From NCBI GenBank assembly GCA_964016885.1, contig OZ024742.1, forward strand, positions 63,922,001 through 63,986,000: a stretch of 64,000 nucleotides of DNA, written 5' to 3'. Source of the stretch: Eledone cirrhosa. Lineage: Eukaryota. Below are positions 14,273 to 28,935 of this stretch, in pieces. Position numbers and translations under genes: made by a program. Numbering within the stretch: position 1 is the stretch's first letter; every line of letters starts with the position of its first letter. The notes under the pieces were generated by a model. The model made no database searches. It was given only the letters and a program-made list of their open reading frames with translations, and was not told the DNA's origin.

Positions 14273-17200
14273 AAGGCGGGTAAAATTCCCGAGATCCATG
14301 GACGAGTTCTCTCCAGCGGTCTCTGTCCCTCATTATCGCTGCCATGTCCTGCGTCTCCAACAGACCAGTGTCTGTCCTCAGGGCATCAACATACGTTAAC
14401 CTTGGTCTTCCTCTTCTAGTGTGTCCATGTAGGGGCTCCTACAGGAGCACTGAGTGCAATGTCAACTCTGGATGTCAGTGAGCATGTCCAGCTAACCTCA
14501 GTCTCCTCTGTGTCACTTTTGAGCTGACTTTTGGGATGCTCCCATACAGCTCTGAGTTTTTCATCCTCAGTGTATACTGATTAATGTTCAGAGCCATCCT
14601 CAGCATTCTCGTGTAGCACCCATCCACCATCTGAGTGAGTTTCTTGGTCAGGGTCCAAGTCTCAGACCCGTACAGCAGCACAGACTCCACTACAGCAATG
14701 AAGAGGCGGATTTTCAGGTCTTTACGAAGGTCCGACTTCCACACCGATCTCAAGCTGTGGCACGCCGCCCAGGCTTTGCTCTTCCTCTCAACCACATTAT
14801 CTTCCGTATTCCCAATCTTTGCTCCCAAATACAGGAAGTCCTCAACCAATTCTAGCGGCGTCCCGCCTACATTAGTGATCCCCTCTGGCTCCTCAACTTT
14901 CTCTACCAGATATTTTGTTTTAGTCTCATTCATTCTCAGCCCCACACTCATCGACACAGTCTCAACCTCCTGCATCAAATCCTCTGCCTCCTTCACTGTA
15001 TTTGTCACCAAAACTATGTCGCCGGCAAATTCAGCATCCAATACCTTTTTCGCCTTATCTCTCCTGCTCTGAGCCGGTGTTACAGTAAAGCCAGAGTCCT
15101 GGTGTTTCTCCAGTGCAAGACGCATACAATAGTCCACTACGATGATAAAAAGGTATGGAGCCAATGTATCTCCCTGGAGCACTCCAGCCAGTATATCAAA
15201 GAACTCTGTAATCCCATCAGGTGTAATGACTTGGGCTTTGGTGTTGGTGTAGAGCCGTGATATCAGGTCCACTATCTTCTTGGGGATTCCATAAGCCTGT
15301 AAGATCTTCATCAGGCAGTGACGGTCCACCGAATCAAAGGCCTTCCTAAAGTCAATGAAAACCATGACCGCAGGAAGGCACTTTGCTCTAGCTCCCTCTA
15401 ATATCCTCCTCACCACCAGGATGTGACTGGTGGTTGATCTTCCCTCTCTGAAGCCGTTCTGGTTGTCCCTGAGCTTTTTCTCCATCTCAGGCTGGATCCT
15501 GTTAAGAATCATCCTGTTGAGGGTCTTTGCCACAAGTGACGTCAGTAAGATCCCCCTTTAGTTGTTGGTGTTAGAGAGATCTCCCTTCTTTGGCACTGGG
15601 ACGATGTTATTGATCCTCCACTGATTCAGGGCAACTCCTTTCTCCAGTGCCCGGTTACAGAACCCCAGGATGATATCATCAAAATCACACCTCTTCATCA
15701 CCTCTGATGCCACTCCATCTTCTCCATGAGCCTTGCCCTCCTTCATCCTTTTCTTGGCTCTCTGAAGCTCCTCTCTGGTGAAGGGCTCTGTCTCAATATC
15801 CAGTTCCTCAAACAGCCGCCTGATCTCCCCAGTGCTCTGGGCTGTGGAGGGTGGCTCTCCTAGTAGGGTCCTAAAATGGTCTAGCCATTTCCTCTTCCTA
15901 TCCTCGGGCCCCGTTCCCTGGATCTGACTCGAACACCTTCTCTTCCTCCCTGTGATCTCGTTGATGATCATCCAGCTCTCCTTACATCCGGATCTGTCAA
16001 CCGCTCTCTCCACACTTCTGATCTTCTCTATCAGTGCCTCCTCTCTGGCCTCAGTGTAAGCGGTACAGAGTTCTTCCCTCATCACCTCCACAGTCTCCAT
16101 CCTCTCCTCCGTAGGATCAGCATAGAATTGGTCATTGGCAGCTTTCAGGTGTTCTCTGACTGCACACACTTTTGGGTTTGCAGAGCTGACGTGCTTCCTT
16201 TTGTTCTTTTTCCTCGGCACCAGGGTTTCACTTGCTTCCGCCACTGCATTGGTGAAGTGCCCGTACCTCCTCGTCACACTCTCCTCAGTCCATCCAATCT
16301 CTCTCTCCTCTGACTCTCCACACAGAGCACTGAACCTGTTTCTCACTTCCACTGTGAACCTCTCCTGTAGCTTATCATCTTCCTTGAAAGCTCCCCAGTC
16401 ATAGATTGCTCTCCGGGGCCGAGCCTTGCTCTTTCTTAAGTTCACCCGGACCTCACTCATAACAAGCCGGTGGTCACTACCCAGTGTACTGAAATAGTTG
16501 TATGGTTCTGTGTTCAAAACACTATTCCGCCACTTTTTCCTCACCAGAATGAAATCAATCTGGGACTTGGACAGGTGCATATCTGAGATGTAGGTCCACA
16601 TCTTCCCCGGATTCTTCCTAAACCTTAGGTTGGTCGCTATCAAGTTCGCCTCCAGCAGGGTGTCTCTCAGTAGTCTTCCATTTCGGTTGGTGTTGTTATG
16701 GAAGTACCAGCAAGGATCTTCACTGCCCTCCTTACTCAGACATGCATTTAAGTCCCCCCAAACAAGCAGGATATTGTGTGCTTGAGTGGTGTTGACAGCT
16801 TTACACACCCTCCTCATGGAACTCTTCCGCACTCACATCACTGTCCCCCTCGGTTGGACTATAGGCTGAGATGACTGTCAGCCTTGGGTTTCCATTGAAG
16901 GTCACCCTCAACACTCCTGGGGTGACAGGCATTATTTCCCTCACCAATAGACTGGTTTTTGTGCTGAAAACAAAACCCACTCCTCCCACTGCAGCACCGG
17001 TCCTGTTCATCACTGCTGGTGTGGTGATGAGCTAGCTCCTCTTCCCAATCATCACACTCCTCACGGGCTCATCGTGCAGGATCCTGTGTTCTTGGATCGC
17101 AAGTATCTGTATACCACTCTCCTCGAACAGATGTCCCAACTCCTCTCTCTTCTCCAGCGTCCGAATAGTCCTCACATTCAAAGTGCCCATTTTGATGGCT

Positions 17201-17578
17201 CTTCTGCAGGACAAAGGTGCATTCTTTATATTTGTCTCAGAGACAGCTGATCCATCATCCACTGGCCATCTCTGTGGCCCTAAGCCAGCAGAGTCATAAC
17301 GACCAGACTGCTCCTTGACAGTGAAATTAGCGGCTTTAACCCTAGTGCTGTTAGATCGACTCTCCATATTTCTTTTCAATGGCTGACAATATCTTACCGG
17401 TGCCACTCGAATAAGGTAGTTATTTAACCCATAAATGGAGCCCTAACAGGTACTACTACTCCGGGCCAGGGCAGACCTGGGAGTTATGACAACTAAGGGG
17501 TAACTCCACATTCCCCACAACTCCTTAACTCCCGAACTGGACCCTTGCCACTGGATGTAGTTTAATGTCATACCCAGG

Positions 17579-17582
<4 letters not shown>
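14272..17582 (-). mobile_element. RTE-clade LINE, near full length (APE endonuclease plus RT), inactivated; (TA)n on both sides
   Basis: MGTLNVRT, LAIQEHR, GDLNA, SQIDFIL, SDHRLV; QNGFREGRS, FIDFRKAFDSV, GVLQGDTLAPYLF, YGSETWTL; stops near 17032, 15558, 14475 and frameshift near 16820; FADD changed to FAGD. Confidence 0.92.
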
Positions 17583-17674
<92 letters not shown>

Positions 17675-17689
17675 ATATATATGTATATA

Positions 17690-18284
17690 TTTAGACATAG
17701 TTACAGATACATATTAAGAGGAAAGACTAGGTAAATTTTATCTGACTGTTCCTCACAGAAGAAAGTTTGTGACATTTATCTGTTATTTCTTCAAAGTTAC
17801 ATTTTAAACTTAGCTCCGTTTAAATGATTATTTATCTAGTTATTTTCTGCGGACTAAGGAGAAGAAAAATTGAATATATTTTGTCTGACTGTTCTTCAAA
17901 CTTATAATTTTATATATTAATAACTATTTGCTTAATTATTAATATGATTAATAATGATTAATAACTATTTGCTTAATTAATTTTTCATAGAGCCACACCG
18001 TGGAAGGTAGCCACACTCATATATGTATCTGTGACTATGTCTAAATATATACATATATATACTTATGAATTTATTGTATACTCCATTTCGGTTGAGTAAA
18101 CATTAGGCGGTAATATTCGGGGCTAGAAGAACCTTGCTAAAGTTTATATATATTTTTTCTTCAAAGTTACATTTTAAACTTAGCTCCGTTTAAATAATTA
18201 TTTATCTTGTTATTTTCTGCGGACTAAGGAGAAGAGAAAAAGAGAAATTGGATATATTTTGTCTGACTGTTCTTCAAACATAAT

Positions 18285-18285
<1 letters not shown>
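17690..18285 (+). mobile_element. Rearranged copies of the 9758-10533 family
   Basis: GAGCCACA...AAGGTAGCCACAC...TATCTGTGACTATGTCTAAA tail; short inverted tail at 17690-17712; partial tandem copy. Confidence 0.7.
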
Positions 18286-18346
<61 letters not shown>

Positions 18347-18923
18347 ACACTGAACCCCTGACTCCGAACTCGCGCTTCCGAAGGGAACAGTACCCCATCC
18401 TCGGTCACCAAACGTTCACACTACACGACCTCGGTGCTATTTTCATATCTACACAGCTTCACATGCAAATATTCACCAACACATTTACTCTCACGTAAAC
18501 GCCAACACGTGCATAAAAACACAACAAACCTCACGATGAACACATACACATTCACGTGACTCCATACACATTTAGACAGCCCTACATACCTGCTTTTACA
18601 AACTTACGCTACAGAACCATAGACAGAACAATGCAACTATATGCTTACGGGTGCACACAAACAAGCACACACAGACATGGTACTCCTCACACATACAGAC
18701 GCATCACCTCCCCATACACACGACTCCAACATGCACAGATACACACACTCATACACCACATACATTGACACACATGCACTCTCCAATACAGTGACACACA
18801 TGCACTCTCCAATACACGCACTTCGAACCAAATGCACCTAAATATATACTCCTAACATTTCACAAGACGGCATGCCAAAATAACACACACCAACACACAC
18901 ACCCACACACACGCACGCACACA

Positions 18924-18994
<71 letters not shown>

Positions 18995-18996
<2 letters not shown>

Positions 18997-19138
18997 CGAA
19001 GGAGTTGTGGTAAGGAACCAGATGGACCATAACGCACCAGAGTACTCAATACTTAGGGTAGTAGAGTGGGTAATAGGAAAATAGTCCAAAAGTAGCCGTC
19101 GAAACGGCTTGAGCTCTGCCGTCGGGGTCATACATTTT

Positions 19139-19141
<3 letters not shown>
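18995..19141. mobile_element. Two-piece inverted insertion of the PLE 3' end seen at 39030-39170
   Basis: 18995-19080 is the inverted tail; 19082-19141 is the forward hammerhead 3' half. Confidence 0.75.
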
Positions 19142-19185
<44 letters not shown>

Positions 19186-19338
19186 TCATGTATATATCAT
19201 ATATACTCTCGTTAACTCGTGCATGGACAGCCATTCGTACATAGACATGCGCACTCTCTAGCATGTATATGTACGAACAAAACATATTCACAAAAAAACA
19301 TACACATACACTAGTAAGAAAATATGCATAAAACATCC

Positions 19339-19416
<78 letters not shown>

Positions 19417-19572
19417 TTTAACGCACATACTAATAAAAGCACACCAGTGAACACACCCCACACACCCTACTAGGCACACACGCATTTTTCACCTTACTGT
19501 CGTGTTATAAGTTGCTATGTCGAGTGTAATTGATGTTATGATACATTTTCGTTGCATTCTATCAGTGACGTT

Positions 19573-19957
19573 GGATGGCAGTATCGATAGAGGGTCTGAC
19601 GCCATGCTTTGCAGCATAGAATTACGGCCTTTTGCGGTCTGAGTTCGAATTCCGCCGAGGTTAACTTTGCCTTTCATCTTTAAGGGGTCGATAAAATAAA
19701 ATACCAGTAATGCACTGAGGTAATGTGCCAAAAGTAGAAACTATGTTTGTGGATATATATTATGTATTAACTTGGATTGGCAGTATCGGTAGAGGGTCTG
19801 ACACCATGCTTTGCAGCAAAGAGTTACGGCCCTTTATGGTCTGAGTTCAAATCCCGCCGAGGTTAACTTTGCCTTTCATCATTACGGGGTCGATAAAATA
19901 AAGTACAAGTAATGTATTGAGTAATTGCTGGCCTTGTGCCAAAAGTAGAAACAATTA
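19573..19957 (+). mobile_element. Two tandem SINE family A copies
   Basis: Same motifs as 6874-7046. Confidence 0.85.
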
Positions 19958-19969
19958 TGTATTAACTTG

Positions 19970-20289
19970 ACAGGCTCTCCGTTGGTTACGACGACGAATG
20001 ATCCAGTTGATAAGATCATCAGAACAGCCAGCTCGTGAAATTAACATGCAAGTAGCTGAGCATTCCACACAAACACGTACCCTTTAAATAGTTTTCAGGA
20101 GGATTCAGCGTGACAAAGAATATAACAAAGTTGGCGCATTGAATTACTTACTCAATTTTGCCAGCTGAGGAAACTGGAGCATCGTGAAATAAAGTATCTT
20201 GCTCAAGGACATAACACACCACTGGAAATGGAACTCACGGCCTTACGATCGTGAGCCCAACACACTAATTACTAAGTCATGCACCTTGT

Positions 20290-20290
<1 letters not shown>
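19970..20290 (-). mobile_element. SINE family B with a different tail
   Basis: Reverse complement has tRNA-like head and TGTCCTTGAGCAAGATACTTTATTTCACG. Confidence 0.75.
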
Positions 20291-20367
<77 letters not shown>

Positions 20368-20432
20368 AGAATTAGCCGTCGAAACGGCTTGAGCTCAGCC
20401 GTCGGGGTCTTACTGGTTCCTATATATATATA

Positions 20433-20483
<51 letters not shown>

Positions 20484-20485
<2 letters not shown>

Positions 20486-20757
20486 AATTAGTATATCTAC
20501 CAACATATATATACAGATGCATACCTATGCTAGCAAATATATAGGTTTTGTCTTAGTAACTTTGTGGTTCAATGCAAGGGGATGCAGAACAATTATATGA
20601 ATGACGTAAAATAAGAAAATTATAAAAATTAACTTACTTACTAAAATTTCACTCCAACTAATTAGTTTCTGAAAGGGAATAAACATGGTTTCCAAATGGA
20701 AAGCATGGAGAAGCCGTTTCGTCATCAGGAAGTCTGTTCTCAGCTAAGATACCTGGC
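20484..20757 (-). mobile_element. PLE-derived 3' fragment with hammerhead at 20651-20733
   Basis: ACUUC CUGAUGA...GAAACUAAUUAGUU GGAGU; related to 23700-23985. Confidence 0.7.
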
Positions 20758-20762
20758 GATAT

Positions 20763-21261
20763 ATGTATGTACGTGTACATACATACTTACATTTAAGTAA
20801 GTGCCGTACTAAGAGTGAGAAATGAAATTTCGTTTCATCTATTACAACTTATCGTTTTTGGTGCGCCTGGCCGACTGAACTCACTCGATATGCAAATTAG
20901 GCTGCTCAGCCGTTAATTTTCATAAGGAAAGTATATACTTTCGAACGTTCAACCATCTGGCAGAAGGGTATACGGTGCTGATGATAGCTAAGAAGCTTGA
21001 AACTAGTACATCGTTCCTGTGTCAGTGTTGAACAAAAAGGTGACGTGGTTGCCTTAACACCGTGCGGCATAAATCAGGCTGTCCGTTTGTTTACAAACGG
21101 ACAAAGCGGGCGTTATAATAAACGTCCGCTAAACTGATACGTACATATATATATGTGTACCTGTATGTATATATATATGTATGTACGTGTACATACATAC
21201 TTACATTTAAGTAAGTGCCGTACTAAGAGTGAGAAATGAAATTTCGTTTCATCTATTACAA

Positions 21262-21266
<5 letters not shown>
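20763..21266 (+). mobile_element. Retrozyme-like unit: 414-nt period with identical 90-bp terminal direct repeat
   Basis: 20763-20852 equals 21177-21266; internal hammerhead; no ORF. Confidence 0.7.
20972..21014 (+). ncRNA. Type I minimal hammerhead ribozyme
   Basis: ACGGTG CTGATGA T AGCT aaga AGCT T GAA ACTAGT A CATCGT. Confidence 0.85.
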
Positions 21267-21353
<87 letters not shown>

Positions 21354-21356
<3 letters not shown>

Positions 21357-21821
21357 GATATTAAATAAATGGAAACTATATTTATAAAACCATATTTATT
21401 TCATTATATATATTTCAGGGATATCATATTAAAAATATGGTATGCCTTCATCAGACAAAATACAATATAAACAGTCTTATAAATAGATAGATTTGACATA
21501 CCTTACACTTCAACTTCCATTTAAAAAGTTGATTTGGTAGTGAAAAATGTTAGGGACAGTTATAGAGAAAAAAAAAACTTTTTAAATGGAAGTTGAAGTG
21601 TAAGGTATGTCAAATCTATCTTTTTATAAGACTGTTTATATTGTATTTTGTCTGATGAAAGCATACCATATTTTTAATATGATATCCCTGAAATATATAT
21701 AATGAAATAAATATAGTTCCCATTTATTTAATATCGTAAATATACTCCAAATACTTGTTGAGTGCTTTTATATCAGTTATAAATATTTACTCGTTGTAAC
21801 CCAACAATTTAAATAAAACTT

Positions 21822-21824
<3 letters not shown>
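21354..21824 (+). mobile_element. Fold-back element (21354-21738) plus tail; hammerheads at 21397-21462 (-) and 21644-21709 (+)
   Basis: TATTTTGT CTGATGA...GAA ATATATAT A ATGAAATA; both ends in (TA)n. Confidence 0.8.
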
Positions 21825-22383
<559 letters not shown>

Positions 22384-22770
22384 AGATACACACATATCGA
22401 TCTACAGACACACATATATACACACCCACAAACACGTATAAGAAAGATAATACTCACACACACCATCACGAATGATGTATAAACCACTCCAACATTACAC
22501 ATGCGCATGCACACGCACAAAGAAAAATTAAAATCACACATAATCACATGACCCCTTCTTCTTCTTCTTCTTCTTCTTCTTCTTCTTCTTCTTCTTCTTC
22601 TTCTTTCTCTCTACGTAATATACTTTATCCTGATAAAGGACTAACTTCCGATACGTTGAAACATTATTTGTCCTCTTCTATAAAGCGTGACACTATTAAA
22701 ATTTGTGTCATATTCTTCGTGTCTTCCTTTTAACTATACACACGCACACAGACAGACAGACACGCGCACA

Positions 22771-22833
<63 letters not shown>

Positions 22834-23036
22834 TTTTATATATATACACACACACACACATATATATATATATATTAGAAATGGCACTAACATAACGTGG
22901 TTCATCACAGGGATGTATATGAAAGCATACGCGATATGTTTTTGTCTAATAAACATACAAGAGTCTCGCTAGAAATTTTTTATTAAAGTGGTGATCATGA
23001 CACATCTATCACATTACCGATGAGAATGATAGAATA

Positions 23037-23383
<347 letters not shown>

Positions 23384-23398
23384 ATATATATATATATT

Positions 23399-23985
<587 letters not shown>

Positions 23986-23995
23986 AAATATATAT

Positions 23996-24032
<37 letters not shown>

Positions 24033-24108
24033 CATGTATTATTAACTCACGTGAAAATAAGTACTCAATTCCGAAGTAGAGTTTAAATATTCATTGAATG
24101 AAGTGATG

Positions 24109-24175
24109 GTGGTGATTCCTGTTTGATGATCCTGTGAGTGCGCAGGTGAAACTCCAGAGTAGCATGGATCACCAC
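24109..24175 (+). ncRNA. Degenerate hammerhead (C3 to U)
   Basis: TTGATGA T CCTGTG agtg CGCAGG T GAA ACTC ca GAGT A; stem I GTGGTGATTCCTGT / GCATGGATCACCAC. Confidence 0.65.
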
Positions 24176-24420
24176 TTCTCAACAAGGAAGATAAAACGTA
24201 CCTCAACACTTAATTTGAAATCTTTAATTTTTAGTTTTGAATTCTTATTAATCCTCTTTAATTGTAATACTCAACATTTGGTAAGATGAATTTTACTAAT
24301 ACATCGAAACCGGTTATACTTTATATACATTTTTTCAATAATGTTACTTTGACGAATCAAAGAAAGGAAAAAGAAGAAAAACAAACCCATAAATATATTT
24401 TCCGTGCTATTTCCAATCTC

Positions 24421-24515
<95 letters not shown>

Positions 24516-24520
24516 AAGGG

Positions 24521-24555
<35 letters not shown>

Positions 24556-24971
24556 TTGTGTGTGCATAGGAATATTTACAACTTAAAGATATCATTATCC
24601 TTACACATGTGTGTATGTGTGTGAGAGGTGTTAGTGTATGGCTGTATGCATGTGTGTATGTGTGTATCTGTAATATTTGGTTTTGGTTATTTAAGTGTCG
24701 TAGTAGTAATAGTAGTAGTTTCGTGTTTTAAACTACTTATAGTGTAGTGTGATTTGAGAACGTCAAGCTGAACTGAACGATAGACTTGAATAAAAAGACA
24801 GGTAGATGGATAATGAGATGCAGGTGAGTTGCAGCAGAGAAATGGTGTGATGTGTGATGTTGCCCTTTCGAAATAACACCTGAAGACAGCAAGTATTTAT
24901 TGAATTACTTTATTGCAGTGGGCTGAGAAGAAAAGGCCAATCACGATGTCGAATCACAATGTAACAATCAG

Positions 24972-25079
<108 letters not shown>

Positions 25080-25082
25080 ATA

Positions 25083-25495
25083 TATAAGATCAAAAGATGG
25101 TTAAAAGAGTTTCATGTATTTTATTATGCGCATTTCAAAAACAAATATCATCATGCAATAACATTTGTGTTTTCATCAGATAAAATAGGAAGACATGATA
25201 TGAAGGTTAAAAAACACTTGTGGATAGTGCAGTTTTAAATCAACATATTTAACTGCACTATCCACAAGTGTTTTTTAACCTTCATATCATGTCTTCCTAT
25301 TTTATCTGATGAAAACACAAATGTTATTGCATGATGATATTTGTTTTTGAAATGCGCATAATAAAATACATGGAACTCTTTTAACCATCTTTTGATCATA
25401 TATATTATGTATACTCCAGTCCTACAAATTGTAGAGTGCTTCTTATCCGATATCTGCATTGCTTTATTGTACTACAATAAAACTCACCTCCTACA
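25083..25495 (+). mobile_element. Fold-back element (25083-25402) plus tail; hammerheads at 25117-25187 (-) and 25298-25368 (+)
   Basis: TATTTTAT CTGATGA [long stem II] GAA ATGCGCAT A ATAAAATA; perfect 8-bp stem I. Confidence 0.88.
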
Positions 25496-25598
25496 TATAT
25501 ATATATATATATATATATATACGTATATCGTCACGTATGAAATTTGTAGAAATGTGTAGAAAAAAAAGAAATTTCTACAAATTTTATACTTGACGACG

Positions 25599-25631
<33 letters not shown>

Positions 25632-25637
<6 letters not shown>

Positions 25638-25692
25638 GAATTTTATTTCTCGCTCTAGCACAGCTGATACATAAATGTAAGTATGCACACAT

Positions 25693-25753
<61 letters not shown>

Positions 25754-26071
25754 CACACACATATATACATATAAATATGTACGTATGGGTTATATCGAAC
25801 ATTAATAATAATATTCGATTCGTTTGTAAACTTAAGAAAATATTATATATTTTCAACCGTTCAACAGACTGGCAGAGATATACAGTCCTGGTGAAGGGTA
25901 ATGACCCAGAAACATATTGATTGTTCCTCAAAGCCAGTGTTGAACAAACAGGTGACGATCGGTCACCGATAAGGCACAGCTTCAAATCAGGCCGTTTGTT
26001 TACAAACGAATCGAACATTATTGTTCGATATAACCCATACGTACATATGTATATGTATATATATGTGTGTG

Positions 26072-26104
<33 letters not shown>

Positions 26105-26140
26105 ATGTGTGTGTGTGTGTGTGCATACTTACATTTATAT
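25632..26140. mobile_element. Fold-back relative of the 20763-21266 family; degenerate hammerhead 25882-25924 (CTGGTGA)
   Basis: Shared CAGTGTTGAACAAA(A/C)AGGTGACG, GTTTACAAACG and CATACTTACATTTA; arms ~25670-25830 / ~25998-26140. Confidence 0.7.
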
Positions 26141-26149
26141 ATATATATA

Positions 26150-28102
26150 CTAGCTGAATTACCCAGCGTTGCCCGGGTTATTTTCGTCCTTATTCAGATT
26201 AATAAAAAATAAATATAAAGATGTTTTTTTTCTCATAATTATTTCAAAATATCCATATTTTATTTTTTAAATATCAAAATTGTAATGATAATAGAATTTA
26301 GAAATGAAAATCTATCAATTTTGAAGCACCTTAGGGCAAACATATTCATTGTGTAATTTTTTGTTGCTGTCCAAATGAATAAATTGTTGCTACACACTCA
26401 CATACATATACTCACACACACATACACTCACACATACACTCACACACACATACACTCATACATACACTCACACACACATACACTCTCACATACATATACT
26501 AAGACAGACACACACAGACATACATTCACGCAAACCTATTGTCAGTCACCATAAATGTATATGTATGTGTAGATGTGTGTGTGTGTTTAATTGTCTGTGT
26601 GTGGAGATAATGTGTATGCAACTTACTAACGCTATATGTATGTGTGTGCCTCCTCGTATTTTTTATTATAACACCTCGTTGTAAACAATGTTCTTTGTTT
26701 TTCCGCGTCGTGCAAATGCGAAAAGGTTTCCTCTGCTTCTCACTCGGGAACACCCAACGTACAATTGTCCGTGTGAGAAACATGTCTCCAATGAATTGAG
26801 AAATGAATTGAGAAATCCTGGAGGAGAGTTCACCACTTAATTGTGATCCGGGATTGTGTCGTTCGTTCAGTTTATTAACAGCGATGTTTTTTGGAGCCAT
26901 TATTGCTCTTTCGCACAGCCAATTGTGATTTTGGCAATTTTCTGTCAAGTTCGGAAACACTTGGTCTTTCAGCTCCTCCACAGAAGTAACAATAGTACAA
27001 AATGGCCAGACGTCCATTTCTCCGGCAGCGTCGAGATGTCAAAAAGATGCCATCGCCAAATGTCAAAATCTCTTGTGCAAACCTGGCGGACATGTGGTCA
27101 CCGTGTAGTTGAGCTCTCATGTTAGTGGTAAGAGTCAGGGTCGTAACGTGTCGCCACAATGGAGAGGATTTAAGGCACACCTGGACTTCATCTGCCCTGG
27201 TGCCTTTGGGAATGACGGGAAGAGTCTGTCTGAAATCACCAGACAACAGAAGTGTTACACCTCCTATTGGAGCATGACAATCTCTGATATCTTTAAGGGT
27301 TCTATTTACTGCTTCCAGAGCTCCTTTGTGGGCCATGGTGCACTCATCCCACACAATGAGATGACACCGTTTGAGGACCTGACTCTCGTCTGAGCTTTTA
27401 CTGATGTTGTAGGTAGGCGTTTCAGATGTTGCTAAATTTAGGGGGAATTTAAAAGTCGAGTGCGCTGTCCTGCCACCGGGCAGCAACGTAGCAGCAATCC
27501 CAGAGTAGGCAACATCTATGGTGATATCCCTATGCTGCCTAACCTTTGCAACGAGGAGCTTCGTTACAAAAGTTTTTCCTGTCCCTCCAGGTGCATCCAA
27601 GAAGAAGATACCTCCTTTTCGGAGGCGCACATGGTCGACAATAGTGCTATAAGCCCGTTGTTGGTCCGGAAGCAGTTGTGGTTCAGTGTCGATAACATAT
27701 TGGGACAGAGCACCAATGTCGTAGGATGTTTCTCGTAGGATGGCTGTGGGAAGTACGTTTGACCCTGTTCGGAGTGTTTTGGGCAGGCCATATGTGGGCA
27801 AATCATTTCCACCGAGTGAAACAATCCTGTCTTCTATGTCAATCAGTGCCTGTTGTAGATCTCATCGCTGGTACCTTCCATGTCAGGGTTCTGCAGTTGT
27901 GCCAGACGTTTAAACTCCTCAGAAAGATCATCTCTGTACTTGAACCACAAATACGAAGGATTACAGAATTCACATGTTTGCAACAATAATTTCAAATAGT
28001 ATCAATTTTTCTTTGTGCTGTAAAATCAAAGACTGTAAAACGACTTATTGTTAAACCTTTAACTGATATACTCTGATCTATAGTTTAAGCCCGTGTAGGA
28101 CG

Positions 28103-28137
<35 letters not shown>

Positions 28138-28365
28138 ATCTAACACTTTAATTGTATATCTCTCTGTATAACGGCCTATCTCTCTCTTTCTGGCTCTCTC
28201 TCTCTCTGTCTCAAAAATGATTTTTTTTAAGTCGGTTTTTCTCTTATAGAGGGCGCAGTAGACACAAATCTGAAAATATAATGCGTTCGTACGAAGGTCA
28301 GGAGCATAACGCATGTTTGTGCCAAATTTGAGGAAAATCGGTTGCAAGCTATAGAAGTTACGCGG

Positions 28366-28418
<53 letters not shown>

Positions 28419-28420
28419 CT
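26150..28420 (-). mobile_element. Helitron, internally deleted; 5' boundary approximate
   Basis: 3' hairpin ACCCGGGCAACGCTGGGT plus CTAG|T on the minus strand; PIF1-like helicase. Confidence 0.85.
26860..27990 (-). pseudogene. Helitron RepHel PIF1-like helicase fragment
   Basis: FFLDAPGGTGKT, GIAATLLPGGRTAHSTFK, IVWDECTM, SGDFRQTLPV, LTTNMR, WLCERAIMAPKN; frameshifted. Confidence 0.92.
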
Positions 28421-28421
28421 A

Positions 28422-28606
28422 TTTGGCAGTATCGGTAGAGGGTCGGACGCCATTCTTTGACGCATAGAGTTACAGCCCTTGCCATTCTGATTCAAATCCC
28501 GCCGAGGTTAACTTTGCCTTTCATCGTTACGGGGGTCGATAAAATAAAGTACCAGTAATGTACTGGGTGATTGCTGGCCTTGTGCCAAAGGTAGAAACAA
28601 TTATTA
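28422..28606 (+). mobile_element. SINE family A
   Basis: Same motifs as 6874-7046. Confidence 0.85.
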
Positions 28607-28823
28607 TTATATATATATATATATATATTAGGTATAGGATTATCCTAGATGCAGTAATGGTTAATTACTACACTGGATAGAGTTGACGTACGGTGAGAGG
28701 TTACTCAACGAGTTATGGAAGAATTGTTGAAGAAACTTAGTTCCTGATCCTTCTGTATTCCGGAATGTAGATAAAGAATGAATAATAACAGGTAGACATC
28801 ATAAAAAGGTAATTTATTCTGTG

Positions 28824-28935
28824 TGCTTACAAATGTTTCCACGGTGGTTATACAGCCTAGTTATGCTATGTGCAAATTTATAACTATTTGCAAAACTCAA
28901 TTATCAAATGCTGTGACCACTGATTCATCAGAGCA
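28824..28935 (-). ncRNA. Type I hammerhead with extended stem II
   Basis: UGCU CUGAUGA...GUGGUCACAGC...GCUGUAUAACCAC...GAA ACAUUUGU A AGCA. Confidence 0.7.
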
